The notes under the pieces are model-generated. The model did not search any database. It was not told where the DNA came from and saw only the letters and a program-made list of their open reading frames with translations. Made by a program: the position numbers and the translations under genes. From Eubacteriales bacterium (GTDB lineage: Bacteria > Bacillota > Clostridia > Oscillospirales > CAG-272): a DNA stretch of 56,638 bases. Where the stretch lies: positions 1-56,638 of the forward strand of contig JAZOSR010000033.1 in the NCBI GenBank assembly GCA_045657225.1, written 5' to 3'. Shown here piece after piece: positions 38,841 through 47,450 of this stretch (within the stretch, counting starts at the first letter, position 1; each line of letters starts with the position of its first letter).

Positions 38841-39734
38841 TTATTCAATGCTCTCAAAAGCATCCCCGTTTTTCTCACCGACCGTCACCCTGCCGATCAC
38901 CACGCGGCGATCACCGCTCGGCTGCGCGGGGTTGGTTTGTATGTGAAAGGAGGTGTAAAGCGCGCCGTCCTTGCCATAAAACAGGGCGTTGTGTCCCGCA
39001 CCAAACAGCTGCTCATCGCAGGAGAGCACGGGGTTATTTGCCGATTTTTTAAACGGTCCCAGCGGCGAGTCGGCGCTCGCGAGGCAGATGGCATAATCGT
39101 TGGTCGCATAGCAATTTGCCGAATAGTTCATGACGTAGCGCTCGCCGAGCTTCATCACAAACGGACCCTCGTTCCACAAAATCCCCATCGGCGCCGATCT
39201 CAGCTCATAGGGCTCGCTCGGCGTGCTGATCAGCACGGGCTCACCCACGGGACTTGTGAGATCATCCGAGAGGCGCACGCAATAAATTTGGCTGACCCGC
39301 ATGCCATCTACCGTATTTTCACTGCAATCGCGCGAGTAGTAAAGAAAGTTACCCTCGGGAGCACGCAGCACCGAGCCGTCAATCACGGCATAGCCAAGCT
39401 CAAGCATCGGCTTGCCGTGTACGTCAACGAAGGGGCCCGTCGGGCTGTCCGCCACCGCCACACCGATGCGCAGTGAGCCAAGCTCGCGCGATCGCGCACT
39501 GTAATGCATCACAAATCTTCCATCGTGAAACACGACCTCGGGCGCCCAAAAATCGGCGTTTCCCCAATAACGTGCTGCCGCAAAGCAGGGTATCGGCTCG
39601 CTCCAGCTGACAAGATCGTCGCTCACCCACACGCAAAAGCCATCAGGATTATGTCCTGTCGCATAGCAGTAATATTTTCCCTCGTAAAGCAGGATTTGAG
39701 GATCGCCGATCCCCGTAATATCCGTAATGATCAT
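38841..39734 (-). CDS. GH43 glycoside hydrolase
   Basis: GDPQI, FWAPEV, VIDG, NEGPF and GAGHNA. Confidence 0.9.
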   Translation of the reverse strand: MIITDITGIGDPQILLYEGKYYCYATGHNPDGFCVWVSDDLVSWSEPIPCFAAARYWGNADFWAPEVVFHDGRFVMHYSARSRELGSLRIGVAVADSPTGPFVDVHGKPMLELGYAVIDGSVLRAPEGNFLYYSRDCSENTVDGMRVSQIYCVRLSDDLTSPVGEPVLISTPSEPYELRSAPMGILWNEGPFVMKLGERYVMNYSANCYATNDYAICLASADSPLGPFKKSANNPVLSCDEQLFGAGHNALFYGKDGALYTSFHIQTNPAQPSGDRRVVIGRVTVGEKNGDAFESIE

Positions 39735-39755
39735 GAAAGCTCCCCCTTCTTATCA

Positions 39756-40229
39756 TCATTTTTCCGCCGCAAAGCGCCGATTTTTAAATAAAGGAAGTAT
39801 CTTTAGTAAAAGTCGCATCGCCACGGTTGCAACGATAATGCCGACTGCCAGTGCCGTCGCATTCTGCAGCGTGGCGAGTCCTTTTTCAAGAAAGCCCTCG
39901 ACGTTTTCACCAAGCGCGTTTGCCATGGTGTAGTAAAGCAAGGCACCGGGCATCATGGGTATCAGGCAGGGCGCAATAAATACCGTTGCGGGGGATTTTA
40001 AGACGCGTGCCATCAGCTCGGCATAAAAGGAGACCGTCATGGCGACGATAAAATGACATAGCACCCTGCTGTCGATCGCAAGGCAAAGCAGCAAAAAGAG
40101 TGCTCTTCCGAAGCCGCCGCCAAGCGACACAGCCAGCAGCTTCTTGACCCCACGCACGTTAAACAAAACGGCAAAGCCAAGAGCACCGATCACGGAAGCG
40201 ATAATTTGTATCACATCAGTCATGGTCAT
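39756..40229 (-). CDS. ThrE-family exporter, small subunit
   Basis: GFAVLFNV, ARVLKSPATVF and IPMMPG. Confidence 0.85.
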   Translation of the reverse strand: MTMTDVIQIIASVIGALGFAVLFNVRGVKKLLAVSLGGGFGRALFLLLCLAIDSRVLCHFIVAMTVSFYAELMARVLKSPATVFIAPCLIPMMPGALLYYTMANALGENVEGFLEKGLATLQNATALAVGIIVATVAMRLLLKILPLFKNRRFAAEK

Positions 40230-40981
40230 AGCACCTGCCCTCCCGTCAAAAAGATAAAGGCAAAATAGCCCGCCGCAATGGCAACGGCAGACAGGGTCGC
40301 TTCAAGGAGGCGCAAAATGCCCGCAATGCTATCTCCCGTGAAGAGGTCACGCAGGGCGTTGGTGAAGCCAAGCCCCGAAATGATCAGCATGATATTGCCG
40401 ATGATGATCTCGTCGGGTGTTGGCACAGCACCCAAAAAGACGAAAAGATACGCAAGCGAGGTGATGGTGAACGAGGACAGGAACTTGGAAAATATCACGT
40501 TGCCCACAACCTTGCCCGAAAACAAAATCGAAAAGCGCACGGCAACGCCGATCAGCGCGGATAAAAGTGCATCGACCGCGCCGCCACCGAAAAAGACGGT
40601 AAAGGCGGCAGCAATCACGGCATACGCAAGGCACTCTACCCCGAAGGGATAGACCTTAGCGCGCCCGATCTCTTGGATCTCCGCCCGGATCTCCGTAAGG
40701 GAAAGCCGCTCGGCACACACACGTCTTGAAAGAGCATTCAGGCGGTCAAGACGGTGAAAATCAAATTTTGCCCCGCCAATGCGGCGTGTTTCGGTATAAA
40801 CGCTTCCATCATCGCCGTGAATCGTCACGACCATGCTGCTCGTGATGATAAAGCAATCGACGCGCGCGGCACCAAGGGCAGTGCACATTCTCCCCACACT
40901 GTCCTCCACACGGTGCACCTCCGCACCGCAAACGAGCATCCGCTCGCCAATATCCATCACGCAATTAAGACGTTCCTTCAT
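40226..40981 (-). CDS. ThrE-family exporter, large subunit
   Basis: GAEVHRVED, LNALSR, FFGG and GLGFTNALRDL. Confidence 0.88.
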   Translation of the reverse strand: MKERLNCVMDIGERMLVCGAEVHRVEDSVGRMCTALGAARVDCFIITSSMVVTIHGDDGSVYTETRRIGGAKFDFHRLDRLNALSRRVCAERLSLTEIRAEIQEIGRAKVYPFGVECLAYAVIAAAFTVFFGGGAVDALLSALIGVAVRFSILFSGKVVGNVIFSKFLSSFTITSLAYLFVFLGAVPTPDEIIIGNIMLIISGLGFTNALRDLFTGDSIAGILRLLEATLSAVAIAAGYFAFIFLTGGQVL

Positions 40982-41014
40982 TTTATGCATCCTTTTTTTA
41001 CTTTGTACGCCCGT

Positions 41015-41047
41015 AGTGAAGTTGCTCGCTTTGCTCACAGTGAAGTT
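41015..41047. repeat. AGTGAAGTT direct repeat pair with a short fold-back spacer
   Basis: AGTGAAGTT at 41015-41023 and 41039-41047 (24-bp period). Confidence 0.6.
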
Positions 41048-41597
41048 AGCTCTTTTTTATAATTATTTTATTATCTATTACATCAATGTCTAAATCTTCA
41101 TTGTCTTGCAAATTCAGTTCTTCGCAAATCCATTTAGGAATTTTTATTAAACTATTAGAAAACATATGAGTTTTCTTTCGCTTTATTAATAAGGTTTCAC
41201 GAGTTACATGTGGAATCAATCCACAATCTATCGCGGAGTAAATTGTATTTTTAGAAAGTGGCGCATTCGGATGATTTTTACTATGAAGCCAATCCACTAT
41301 TTCTTCTACTGACAGTTGGTCTTTTATAATTAAATCAGAAACGCACTTAGCCAAACCTGTATCTAACTCAAAAATTTTTTGTCTTCTCTTCTCACTTTTT
41401 CGTTGTTCATATTCTTTTTGGGCGTATTCTGCGCTATACCTTCCTAGCGCTTTACAACGATTTATCTCATAATAAATAGCCGGATTGGTCTTACCTAAAT
41501 ACTCTGCTATACGATATGCCGGCATTCCGACATTACACATGTTTTCTATAAACTTTCTTTCCTCGTAGGAAATTCTTTTATAACTATTTTTCATCAT
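41046..41597 (-). CDS. IS30-type HTH domain fused to an AbrB/MazE-like C-terminal domain; no DDE domain
   Basis: YKRISYEERKFIE..IAEYLGK..IYYEINR..YSAEYAQ..LSVEEI..SKNTIYSAI (IS30 N-terminus-like); IKIPKWICEELNLQDNEDLDIDVIDNKIIIKK (AbrB-like). Confidence 0.7.
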   Translation of the reverse strand: MMKNSYKRISYEERKFIENMCNVGMPAYRIAEYLGKTNPAIYYEINRCKALGRYSAEYAQKEYEQRKSEKRRQKIFELDTGLAKCVSDLIIKDQLSVEEIVDWLHSKNHPNAPLSKNTIYSAIDCGLIPHVTRETLLIKRKKTHMFSNSLIKIPKWICEELNLQDNEDLDIDVIDNKIIIKKS

Positions 41598-41652
41598 ATA
41601 AAGCCCGCTGTTTCACACATTATCTCCGCTTTAAAATCTTGACGCTATCCGC

Positions 41653-41997
41653 TTACCCCTTCGCAGTGGTGATAGAGGCGATCAATCTTCTTCTAATCGA
41701 ACCACATTTATTACGCAAATCTTTGTAAGCTATCTCCATCATCTTTCCTTTTCTAAAAATCAATTCAAGCCAATATTCTGTTTCCGAGCACTCTTTTAAC
41801 GAGATTTCAAGCTTGTTTATAAAATCCGCTTTGCTCTGTGCGTATTTTGCTTCGTGGATATTTGCTCCTATAGACGACGAAGAGCGAACAATTTGATTGA
41901 CGTAAACAGAACAACCTTTAATTTCGTCGCAAATGTCGGATATTTGAATGGCAAATTCTATGGCGTCTTCTCGCAGGTGGTTCTTATTATCATTCAT
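41653..41997 (-). CDS. Four-helix-bundle protein (23S rRNA IVS / Avd-like family)
   Basis: NQIVRSSSSIGANIHEAKYAQSKADFINKLEISLKECSETEYWLEL signature; AGAAAGGA RBS before ATG 41997. Confidence 0.9.
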   Translation of the reverse strand: MNDNKNHLREDAIEFAIQISDICDEIKGCSVYVNQIVRSSSSIGANIHEAKYAQSKADFINKLEISLKECSETEYWLELIFRKGKMMEIAYKDLRNKCGSIRRRLIASITTAKG

Positions 41998-42020
41998 TTT
42001 GCAAAAATCCTTTCTTTTCG

Positions 42021-42303
42021 TCAATATGTTCGCCATTGGTGTACTCGATATCAATGCCTGTGGCATGTCGATATGTTCGCCATTGGCGAACTCGATATGT
42101 TTTCGCTACGCTCAAACTCGATATTTGCTCGCGTTGCGAGCAATCGATATGTTGCCTTCGGCAACGATGAGCGCTATGCGCTCTGACGCGCCCTTTTGTT
42201 ACTTCTCTCGCGTTGCCCGATAGGCAACGCATATCGAGCGCGCAGCGCCATATCGAGCCGCCGCAGGCGGCATATCGAGCGACGCGTCAGCGGCGCATAT
42301 CGA
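42021..42303. repeat. Two-armed array of TCGATAT-tagged variable hairpins
   Basis: TCGATAT at 42021 (TCAATAT), 42045, 42068, 42092, 42118 and 42144, each followed by a hairpin; ATATCGA at 42231, 42250, 42272 and 42297, each preceded by a hairpin. Confidence 0.92.
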
Positions 42304-43717
42304 CGTCGAATCCGCGTGTCAAGGACACGACGGACTCGACGTGCCCCGTCCTCGGGAACAAATCCACCGGCGTCACCTCTCCAATCTCATAACCAAGCTC
42401 GCGGAGAATCGCGCAATCGCGCGCGAGCGTATCGGGTCCGCAGGAAACGTAGACAATGCGCGGCACGCGGCGCGCGGCAAGGAAGCGCAGCAGCCCCTCG
42501 TCACAGCCCTTGCGCGGTGGGTCAAGCACGACCACGTCGGGATAAAGCGTGCCGCGCTCCTGCTCGGCTGCGGCAAGCAGTCCCTCGGTATTGGCGGCAT
42601 CGCCGCAGTAAAAGCTCGCGTTTTTGACACCGTTTAGTGTCTTATTAATATTTGCGCAGCGAATGGCGTCGGGCACGATCTCAATACCAATGAGCTCTCC
42701 CACACGCTCTGCCATCGAAAGCCCGATCGTCCCTGCGCCGCAATAAAGATCAAGCAAAAGTCCCTCGCCCGAAAGACCTGTTTGCTCGGCGGCAATACCG
42801 TAAAGGAGCTCCGCGGCATCGTGATTGACCTGATAAAAGGAGGCGGGCATCACGCGGAAGCGCTTGCCGCACAGCACGTCCTCTATGTAAGGATTTCCGT
42901 ATAACGTATGGTATTTTTCGCCAAGCACCACGTTGGTGCGCTTGGTGTTTTCATTCACCACCACCGAGCTCACCCGAGGGAATTTTTGCAGCAGCTCTCC
43001 CACGAATTCGAGGGCAAAGGGCAGCTCTTTTCCATTCAGTACGGGGCAAACCATCAGCTCGCCCGTGTTTTTTCCCTCGCGCAAATAAAGATGGCGCAAA
43101 AGCCCCGTTCCCGTTTCCTCATCGTACGCCGCGACACCCTTTTGGGTGTAAAATTCGCAAAAGAACGAGAGGATCTCACCGAACACGGTCGGCTGAAGGG
43201 CGCACGCGCTCGCCTCTACGACACGGTGCGTTTTTTGTGCATAAAAGCCGCCGAAAAGCCCGTTTTTGCCACCCGTTATGGGATATTCCGCCTTGTTGCG
43301 GTATCCGCGCACCTCACCCGTGCTCCTCACGGGCAAAACCTTAACGTCCGAGAGCCCTGCCTTGCGAAAGCAATGGGTCACGTAATCCTGCTTTAACTGC
43401 AGCTCGCGCGCGTACGTAAGATGCCGATAAACACAACCGCCGCAGGAAAGGGATGCGGAACAAAACCCCTCCTCGCGATCGGACGAAGGGGCAAGCACCG
43501 TCAGTAGCCTTCCTACGGCATAGGTCTTATTTACCTTGATCAGTTCAATTTTTGCGGTATCACCCGCGACGGCACCCGCAACAAACACGGCGCGGCCGTC
43601 GGGCAAGCGCCCGACACCGCAGCCAAGATTATTAAGATCCGCAATTTCAACCGTCAGCACCGCTCCCTTTTGCAAATAAGTGGCAGAACGGGGCTCTTTT
43701 TGCACAAAATCAGACAT
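42287..43717 (-). CDS. rlmD: 23S rRNA m5U1939 methyltransferase (RlmD/RumA)
   Basis: TRAM domain, C..CGGC cluster, YRNK, SFYQVN, LDLYCGAGTIG, LDPPRKG, YVSC and DLFPRTGHVE. Confidence 0.92.
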   Translation of the reverse strand: MSDFVQKEPRSATYLQKGAVLTVEIADLNNLGCGVGRLPDGRAVFVAGAVAGDTAKIELIKVNKTYAVGRLLTVLAPSSDREEGFCSASLSCGGCVYRHLTYARELQLKQDYVTHCFRKAGLSDVKVLPVRSTGEVRGYRNKAEYPITGGKNGLFGGFYAQKTHRVVEASACALQPTVFGEILSFFCEFYTQKGVAAYDEETGTGLLRHLYLREGKNTGELMVCPVLNGKELPFALEFVGELLQKFPRVSSVVVNENTKRTNVVLGEKYHTLYGNPYIEDVLCGKRFRVMPASFYQVNHDAAELLYGIAAEQTGLSGEGLLLDLYCGAGTIGLSMAERVGELIGIEIVPDAIRCANINKTLNGVKNASFYCGDAANTEGLLAAAEQERGTLYPDVVVLDPPRKGCDEGLLRFLAARRVPRIVYVSCGPDTLARDCAILRELGYEIGEVTPVDLFPRTGHVESVVSLTRGFDVDMRR

Positions 43718-44375
43718 AAAACTCCTCGCCCGTTTCAAGGCAAAGGCAGGCAAGCGCACCGCCGTCTTTTTTACCGCAGTCGATGCGAATGACATTGCCG
43801 TCGCGCTCGATCTTACCGCTCGCGGTCGGTGCGTGACCGACGATCACGGCATCATATCCCCCATAATTCTCGCGCTCGGGCGCGGTAAAGAAATCCTCGG
43901 GGGCGTAATCGTCAAGATTCTTGCCCTCCTCGTAGTCAAGAATGCCCGCATGCACCAGCAAAAACTGCTTGCCGCCCGCCTCGACCTCCTCAAAGAGCGA
44001 AAATTCCGAGAGATAGTCGATCATGCCCTCTCTCATATCCTCGTCAAGCGCACGGAAGCCCTCAAGCGTCACGTTGCCGCCGTCCGCCGTCCACGCCACC
44101 ATCTCGGCGGCAAAATCGGCATCGGGTGCGGCACCGCTTTTCAGCATACGGTCAAAGCCCGAAAGCATACGAAGCGCCACGTAGTCGTGCTCGCCCGCGA
44201 TCGGATAGACGTTTTCGCACATGCTGAGGTCCGTGAGGAGCGCGGCACTGTCCTCGCCGTAATCCACCACGTCACCCAGCAAATATAAAATATCCTTCTT
44301 TGAAAGCTTAATTTTCTTTATCATTTCACGGTAAGCCGCAAGGTCACCGTGCAAATTTGCCATTACGTAGGTCAT
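43710..44375 (-). CDS. Calcineurin-like metallophosphoesterase (PrpA/ApaH-like, degenerate motifs)
   Basis: NLHG, LGDVVDYG, GEHD, VHAG, VGHAP and IDCG. Confidence 0.8.
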   Translation of the reverse strand: MTYVMANLHGDLAAYREMIKKIKLSKKDILYLLGDVVDYGEDSAALLTDLSMCENVYPIAGEHDYVALRMLSGFDRMLKSGAAPDADFAAEMVAWTADGGNVTLEGFRALDEDMREGMIDYLSEFSLFEEVEAGGKQFLLVHAGILDYEEGKNLDDYAPEDFFTAPERENYGGYDAVIVGHAPTASGKIERDGNVIRIDCGKKDGGALACLCLETGEEFYV

Positions 44376-44387
44376 ATTTTTCTCCTT

Positions 44388-45161
44388 TCAAGCCAAAACC
44401 GTCCTGATCACCCTTGTCGGCATGATCTCGACCGTCACGTCGGGCGCCAGCTCCTTTACCGTATCGGCAAGGCGCGCAAGCACGGGATATTCGGTTTCAT
44501 AATGCCCTGCCTCCACCGTCACGAGTCCCGCCTCGGCGGCATCAAGCATACGATGATAACCGATATGCCCCGAGAGGAAGAGCTCTGCCCCTGCGGCTTT
44601 TGCGGCATCGACAAAATCGCCGCCCTCACCGCCAAGCACGGCAATTCTCTTTACCCTACCCTCGCCTGCAAGCGACACCGCGTCGGCGCCGAGCACGCGG
44701 CACAGCTCGCTTGCAAAATCCGCTGCGTCCATGGGCTTTTTCAGATTGCCCACGCGCCCACAGGGCACCTCGCCGTCGGGCCCGAAGGGCACGGCGTTTT
44801 CAATGCCAAGCAACTCGCAAAGCGCGTCGTTCACGCCCCCCTCGGCGGCGTCAAGGCGTGTGTGATAGGAAAGCGCCGCCACCCCGGCTCTCGCAAGCTT
44901 CAGAAGCTTTGCGGGCACCACGTCATAGGGGGTCAGCGACTTAACTCCGCGAAACAAAAGCGGGTGGTGCGCAAGAAGCACGTCAAAGCCGCCCTCAATC
45001 GCGCGATCAACCGCAGCATCCGTCACGTCAAGCGCCACCAGCACGCGCCTCACCTCACGCTCCGGCTCAGGCAGGCACGCCGCGCCGTCGTTATCCCACG
45101 GCGCTGATAGCGCGGTGGGGATCCTTTGCTCTAACAAACGGTAAAGCCGTTCTTGTGTCAT
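44388..45161 (-). CDS. Nif3/YbgI-like dinuclear metal centre protein
   Basis: WDNDG, VALDVT, HHPLLF, HTRLD and AGHYETE. Confidence 0.92.
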   Translation of the reverse strand: MTQERLYRLLEQRIPTALSAPWDNDGAACLPEPEREVRRVLVALDVTDAAVDRAIEGGFDVLLAHHPLLFRGVKSLTPYDVVPAKLLKLARAGVAALSYHTRLDAAEGGVNDALCELLGIENAVPFGPDGEVPCGRVGNLKKPMDAADFASELCRVLGADAVSLAGEGRVKRIAVLGGEGGDFVDAAKAAGAELFLSGHIGYHRMLDAAEAGLVTVEAGHYETEYPVLARLADTVKELAPDVTVEIMPTRVIRTVLA

Positions 45162-45234
45162 TATCCTCGCCCCTTTCACTCGAAAGGGGGCTGCCACACG
45201 ATTTTGTGCAACAACCCCCTTCGCATTTCGTCAA

Positions 45235-45435
45235 TTATTGTGCAGACAAAAACTCGTTGAGCTTTGCAACAAGCGCGTCTGCGTCGGTGCCGTGTACCAT
45301 GCAGGCGTCAGCGATAGACTCGCCGCGCGCGGAGGGGCAGCCAAGGCAGTGCATGCCGATCTCCAGGAAATATTTTGCGGTACCGGGATTAAAATCCAGC
45401 ACGTCGCCGATAATGCTTTCTTTGGTTACAGTCAT
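45235..45435 (-). CDS. DUF1858 domain protein
   Basis: GMHCLGCPSARGESIADACMVHG; GGAGG RBS. Confidence 0.88.
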   Translation of the reverse strand: MTVTKESIIGDVLDFNPGTAKYFLEIGMHCLGCPSARGESIADACMVHGTDADALVAKLNEFLSAQ

Positions 45436-45467
45436 CTTATTTTCCTCCCATATTTGTTACTGTTCTT

Positions 45468-45496
45468 ATTATACCCCCTTTTTCTCGCTTTGTCAA
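45468..45496 (-). promoter_or_regulatory. Consensus sigma-A promoter for DUF1858 gene
   Basis: Minus strand TTGACA-17 bp-TATAAT. Confidence 0.8.
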
Positions 45497-45665
45497 TAAA
45501 AAACGCCCGATTTTTCTGTGCAAAATCAATTCTTCGCAAAAGCCCCTCTCCCCACTTGTTTTCCGGGAAAATTTATGCTATAATAAAGTATAGAGTGGCG
45601 AAAGCACGGCAAAATAAACTATTATGATCTTCACGCGCGGGCACGCCCCGCGGAAAGGAGCTTTT

Positions 45666-46202
45666 ATGAATATTACATTGTACGGATCCGCAAGCGACAA
45701 GATCGACCGCGCGTATATCGACGGTGTGGAGGAGCTGGGTCGCGCCATGGCACAGCGCGGACACACCATGGTCTTTGGCGCAGGCTCAACGGGCCTGATG
45801 GGCGCCGCCGCGCGTGGCATGTACTCCGCGGGTGGGCACATCATCGGCGTTACCCCCCATTTCATGCACGAAATGGAGCCCGTCAGCGACCTTTGCACCG
45901 AGCTGATCGCCACGGAAACCATGGCGGAGCGCAAAACGATCATGGAGGATAAGGCAGATGCCTTTATCATCACCCCCGGCGGCCTTGGCACGCTTGACGA
46001 GTTTTTCCAGATCCTCACCCTCAAGATCCTCAACCGTCAGGATAAGCCGATCGTGCTTTACAACATCAACGGCTTTTGGGACAGCTTGCTCGGCGTGATC
46101 GGTGCGGATATTCTGAAGGGCTTTATCTCCCCCGAGGTCGCAAACGACTTCCACATTTGCGAAACGCCCGAATCTGCGTTTAAAATTATCGAGGGCAAAT
46201 AA
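45666..46202 (+). CDS. LOG family (TIGR00730-like) phosphoribohydrolase
   Basis: GLMGAAA, MAERK, PGGLGTLDEF and KPIVLYNINGFWD. Confidence 0.9.
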   Translation: MNITLYGSASDKIDRAYIDGVEELGRAMAQRGHTMVFGAGSTGLMGAAARGMYSAGGHIIGVTPHFMHEMEPVSDLCTELIATETMAERKTIMEDKADAFIITPGGLGTLDEFFQILTLKILNRQDKPIVLYNINGFWDSLLGVIGADILKGFISPEVANDFHICETPESAFKIIEGK

Positions 46203-46212
46203 CTCCCCCCTG

Positions 46213-46250
46213 CAAGAGCGCGACGGATTTCCGTCCGCTCTTGTTTTTTT
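46213..46250 (+). terminator. Intrinsic terminator after LOG gene
   Basis: CAAGAGCG..CGCTCTTG followed by a T-tract. Confidence 0.75.
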
Positions 46251-46259
46251 ATTTTTATA

Positions 46260-46288
46260 TTGACAAAAACCGCCTTATCTATTATAAT
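46260..46288 (+). promoter_or_regulatory. Consensus sigma-A promoter for phospholipid operon
   Basis: TTGACA-17 bp-TATAAT. Confidence 0.8.
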
Positions 46289-46353
46289 AGAATATATTAT
46301 TATGTTAAATTGGCTTTGTGCGGCTTGAACACGGCAAACGGTAAAGGGGTATC

Positions 46354-47448
46354 ATGAAGAAATCACAAAAGAAGCAGCTATTAAACGTCTTATTCGTCGT
46401 TTTACTGGCGGTGTTGACGATCGTTTTGGTCATCCAAACCAACAAGGATCTGAAAATTGAATCGGTCGGCGCTTTTTTTGCGGAGTGCAACCCTTGGTTT
46501 TTGGTGTGCGCCTTCCTTTGTATGCTCGCGTTCATGTTTTTTGAGGGGCTTGCGCTGCACCTCATTTTAAAGCGCTTCGGGCATAAGCCAAGGCTGCGCG
46601 CCTCGCTTGCATACTCCGCCTCGGACATTTACTACTCGAACATCACCCCCTCTGCCACGGGCGGTCAGCCCGCCTCGGCGTTTTACATGATCAGGGACGG
46701 CATCTCGGGCGGTGCCTCCTGCTTTGCCCTTGTTTTCAATCTGGTCTGCTACACCGCGGCGATCCTGATTGTCGGCGCAGTCGCGCTGATCACGCATTTC
46801 TCCGCCTTCCTGCAATTCTCCGTCGGTGTCAAGGTGCTGATCATCGTCGGTCTTATCATGCAGATCTCACTGCTCATCTTTTTCATCTCCTGCATGATCT
46901 TTCACGGCGCGGTGCTGCGCGTGGGCAATTTCTTTATCCACCTGCTCGCCAAAATGAAGATCGTCAAGCGCGAGGAGCGCTGGCGTGACAAAATGACGGG
47001 CGTTATCGAGAAATACCGCGACTCCTACGAGCACATCAAGACAAACAAGCTGCTCATGCTTGAGGTACTTATTTGCAACGTCATTCAGCGCGCCGCGCTG
47101 ATCCTCGTCACGGTCTTTGTGTGTGCCGCCGCCACCGACTGCAACGCTTTTGAGGTCTTTTGTCTGCAAGCCATGGTGGTGCTCGGCTACAACTGCATGC
47201 CGCTGCCCGGTGGGTCGGGTGCGTTTGAGTTCCTCTACCTCAACATTTACGAGCACGCCTTCCCCTCCTCGGATTTCATTCTCATTTCCATGCTGGCGTC
47301 GCGCGCCATTGCCTACTACGGCTCCATGATCGTGTGCGGTCTTCACACCATGATCTATCACGTATCTCATAAGCAATCCCCCGTCACCGAAGTAATTTCA
47401 ACCAACAACGGCACCGTTGCCGATGAAAACAACGTGAAAGGAAACTGA
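46354..47448 (+). CDS. Lysylphosphatidylglycerol synthase TM / flippase-like protein (UPF0104)
   Basis: ITPSATGGQP and PLPGGSGAFE motifs; polytopic. Confidence 0.85.
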   Translation: MKKSQKKQLLNVLFVVLLAVLTIVLVIQTNKDLKIESVGAFFAECNPWFLVCAFLCMLAFMFFEGLALHLILKRFGHKPRLRASLAYSASDIYYSNITPSATGGQPASAFYMIRDGISGGASCFALVFNLVCYTAAILIVGAVALITHFSAFLQFSVGVKVLIIVGLIMQISLLIFFISCMIFHGAVLRVGNFFIHLLAKMKIVKREERWRDKMTGVIEKYRDSYEHIKTNKLLMLEVLICNVIQRAALILVTVFVCAAATDCNAFEVFCLQAMVVLGYNCMPLPGGSGAFEFLYLNIYEHAFPSSDFILISMLASRAIAYYGSMIVCGLHTMIYHVSHKQSPVTEVISTNNGTVADENNVKGN

Positions 47449-47450
47449 CC

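Noticed and set aside
41046-41597. Intact IS30 insertion sequence
   Set aside because: No DDE catalytic domain and no terminal inverted repeats seen.
41653-42303. Diversity-generating retroelement or 23S rRNA intervening sequence
   Set aside because: No reverse transcriptase, no TR/VR pair and no rRNA sequence in the window.
42021-42303. CRISPR array
   Set aside because: The constant part is only 7 bp, the spacers are short self-complementary hairpins, orientation flips mid-array, and there are no cas genes.
45184-45221. AAGGGGG..CCCCTT imperfect palindrome between the DUF1858 and nif3 genes
   Set aside because: Single copy in the window; adequately explained as a terminator or processing hairpin.
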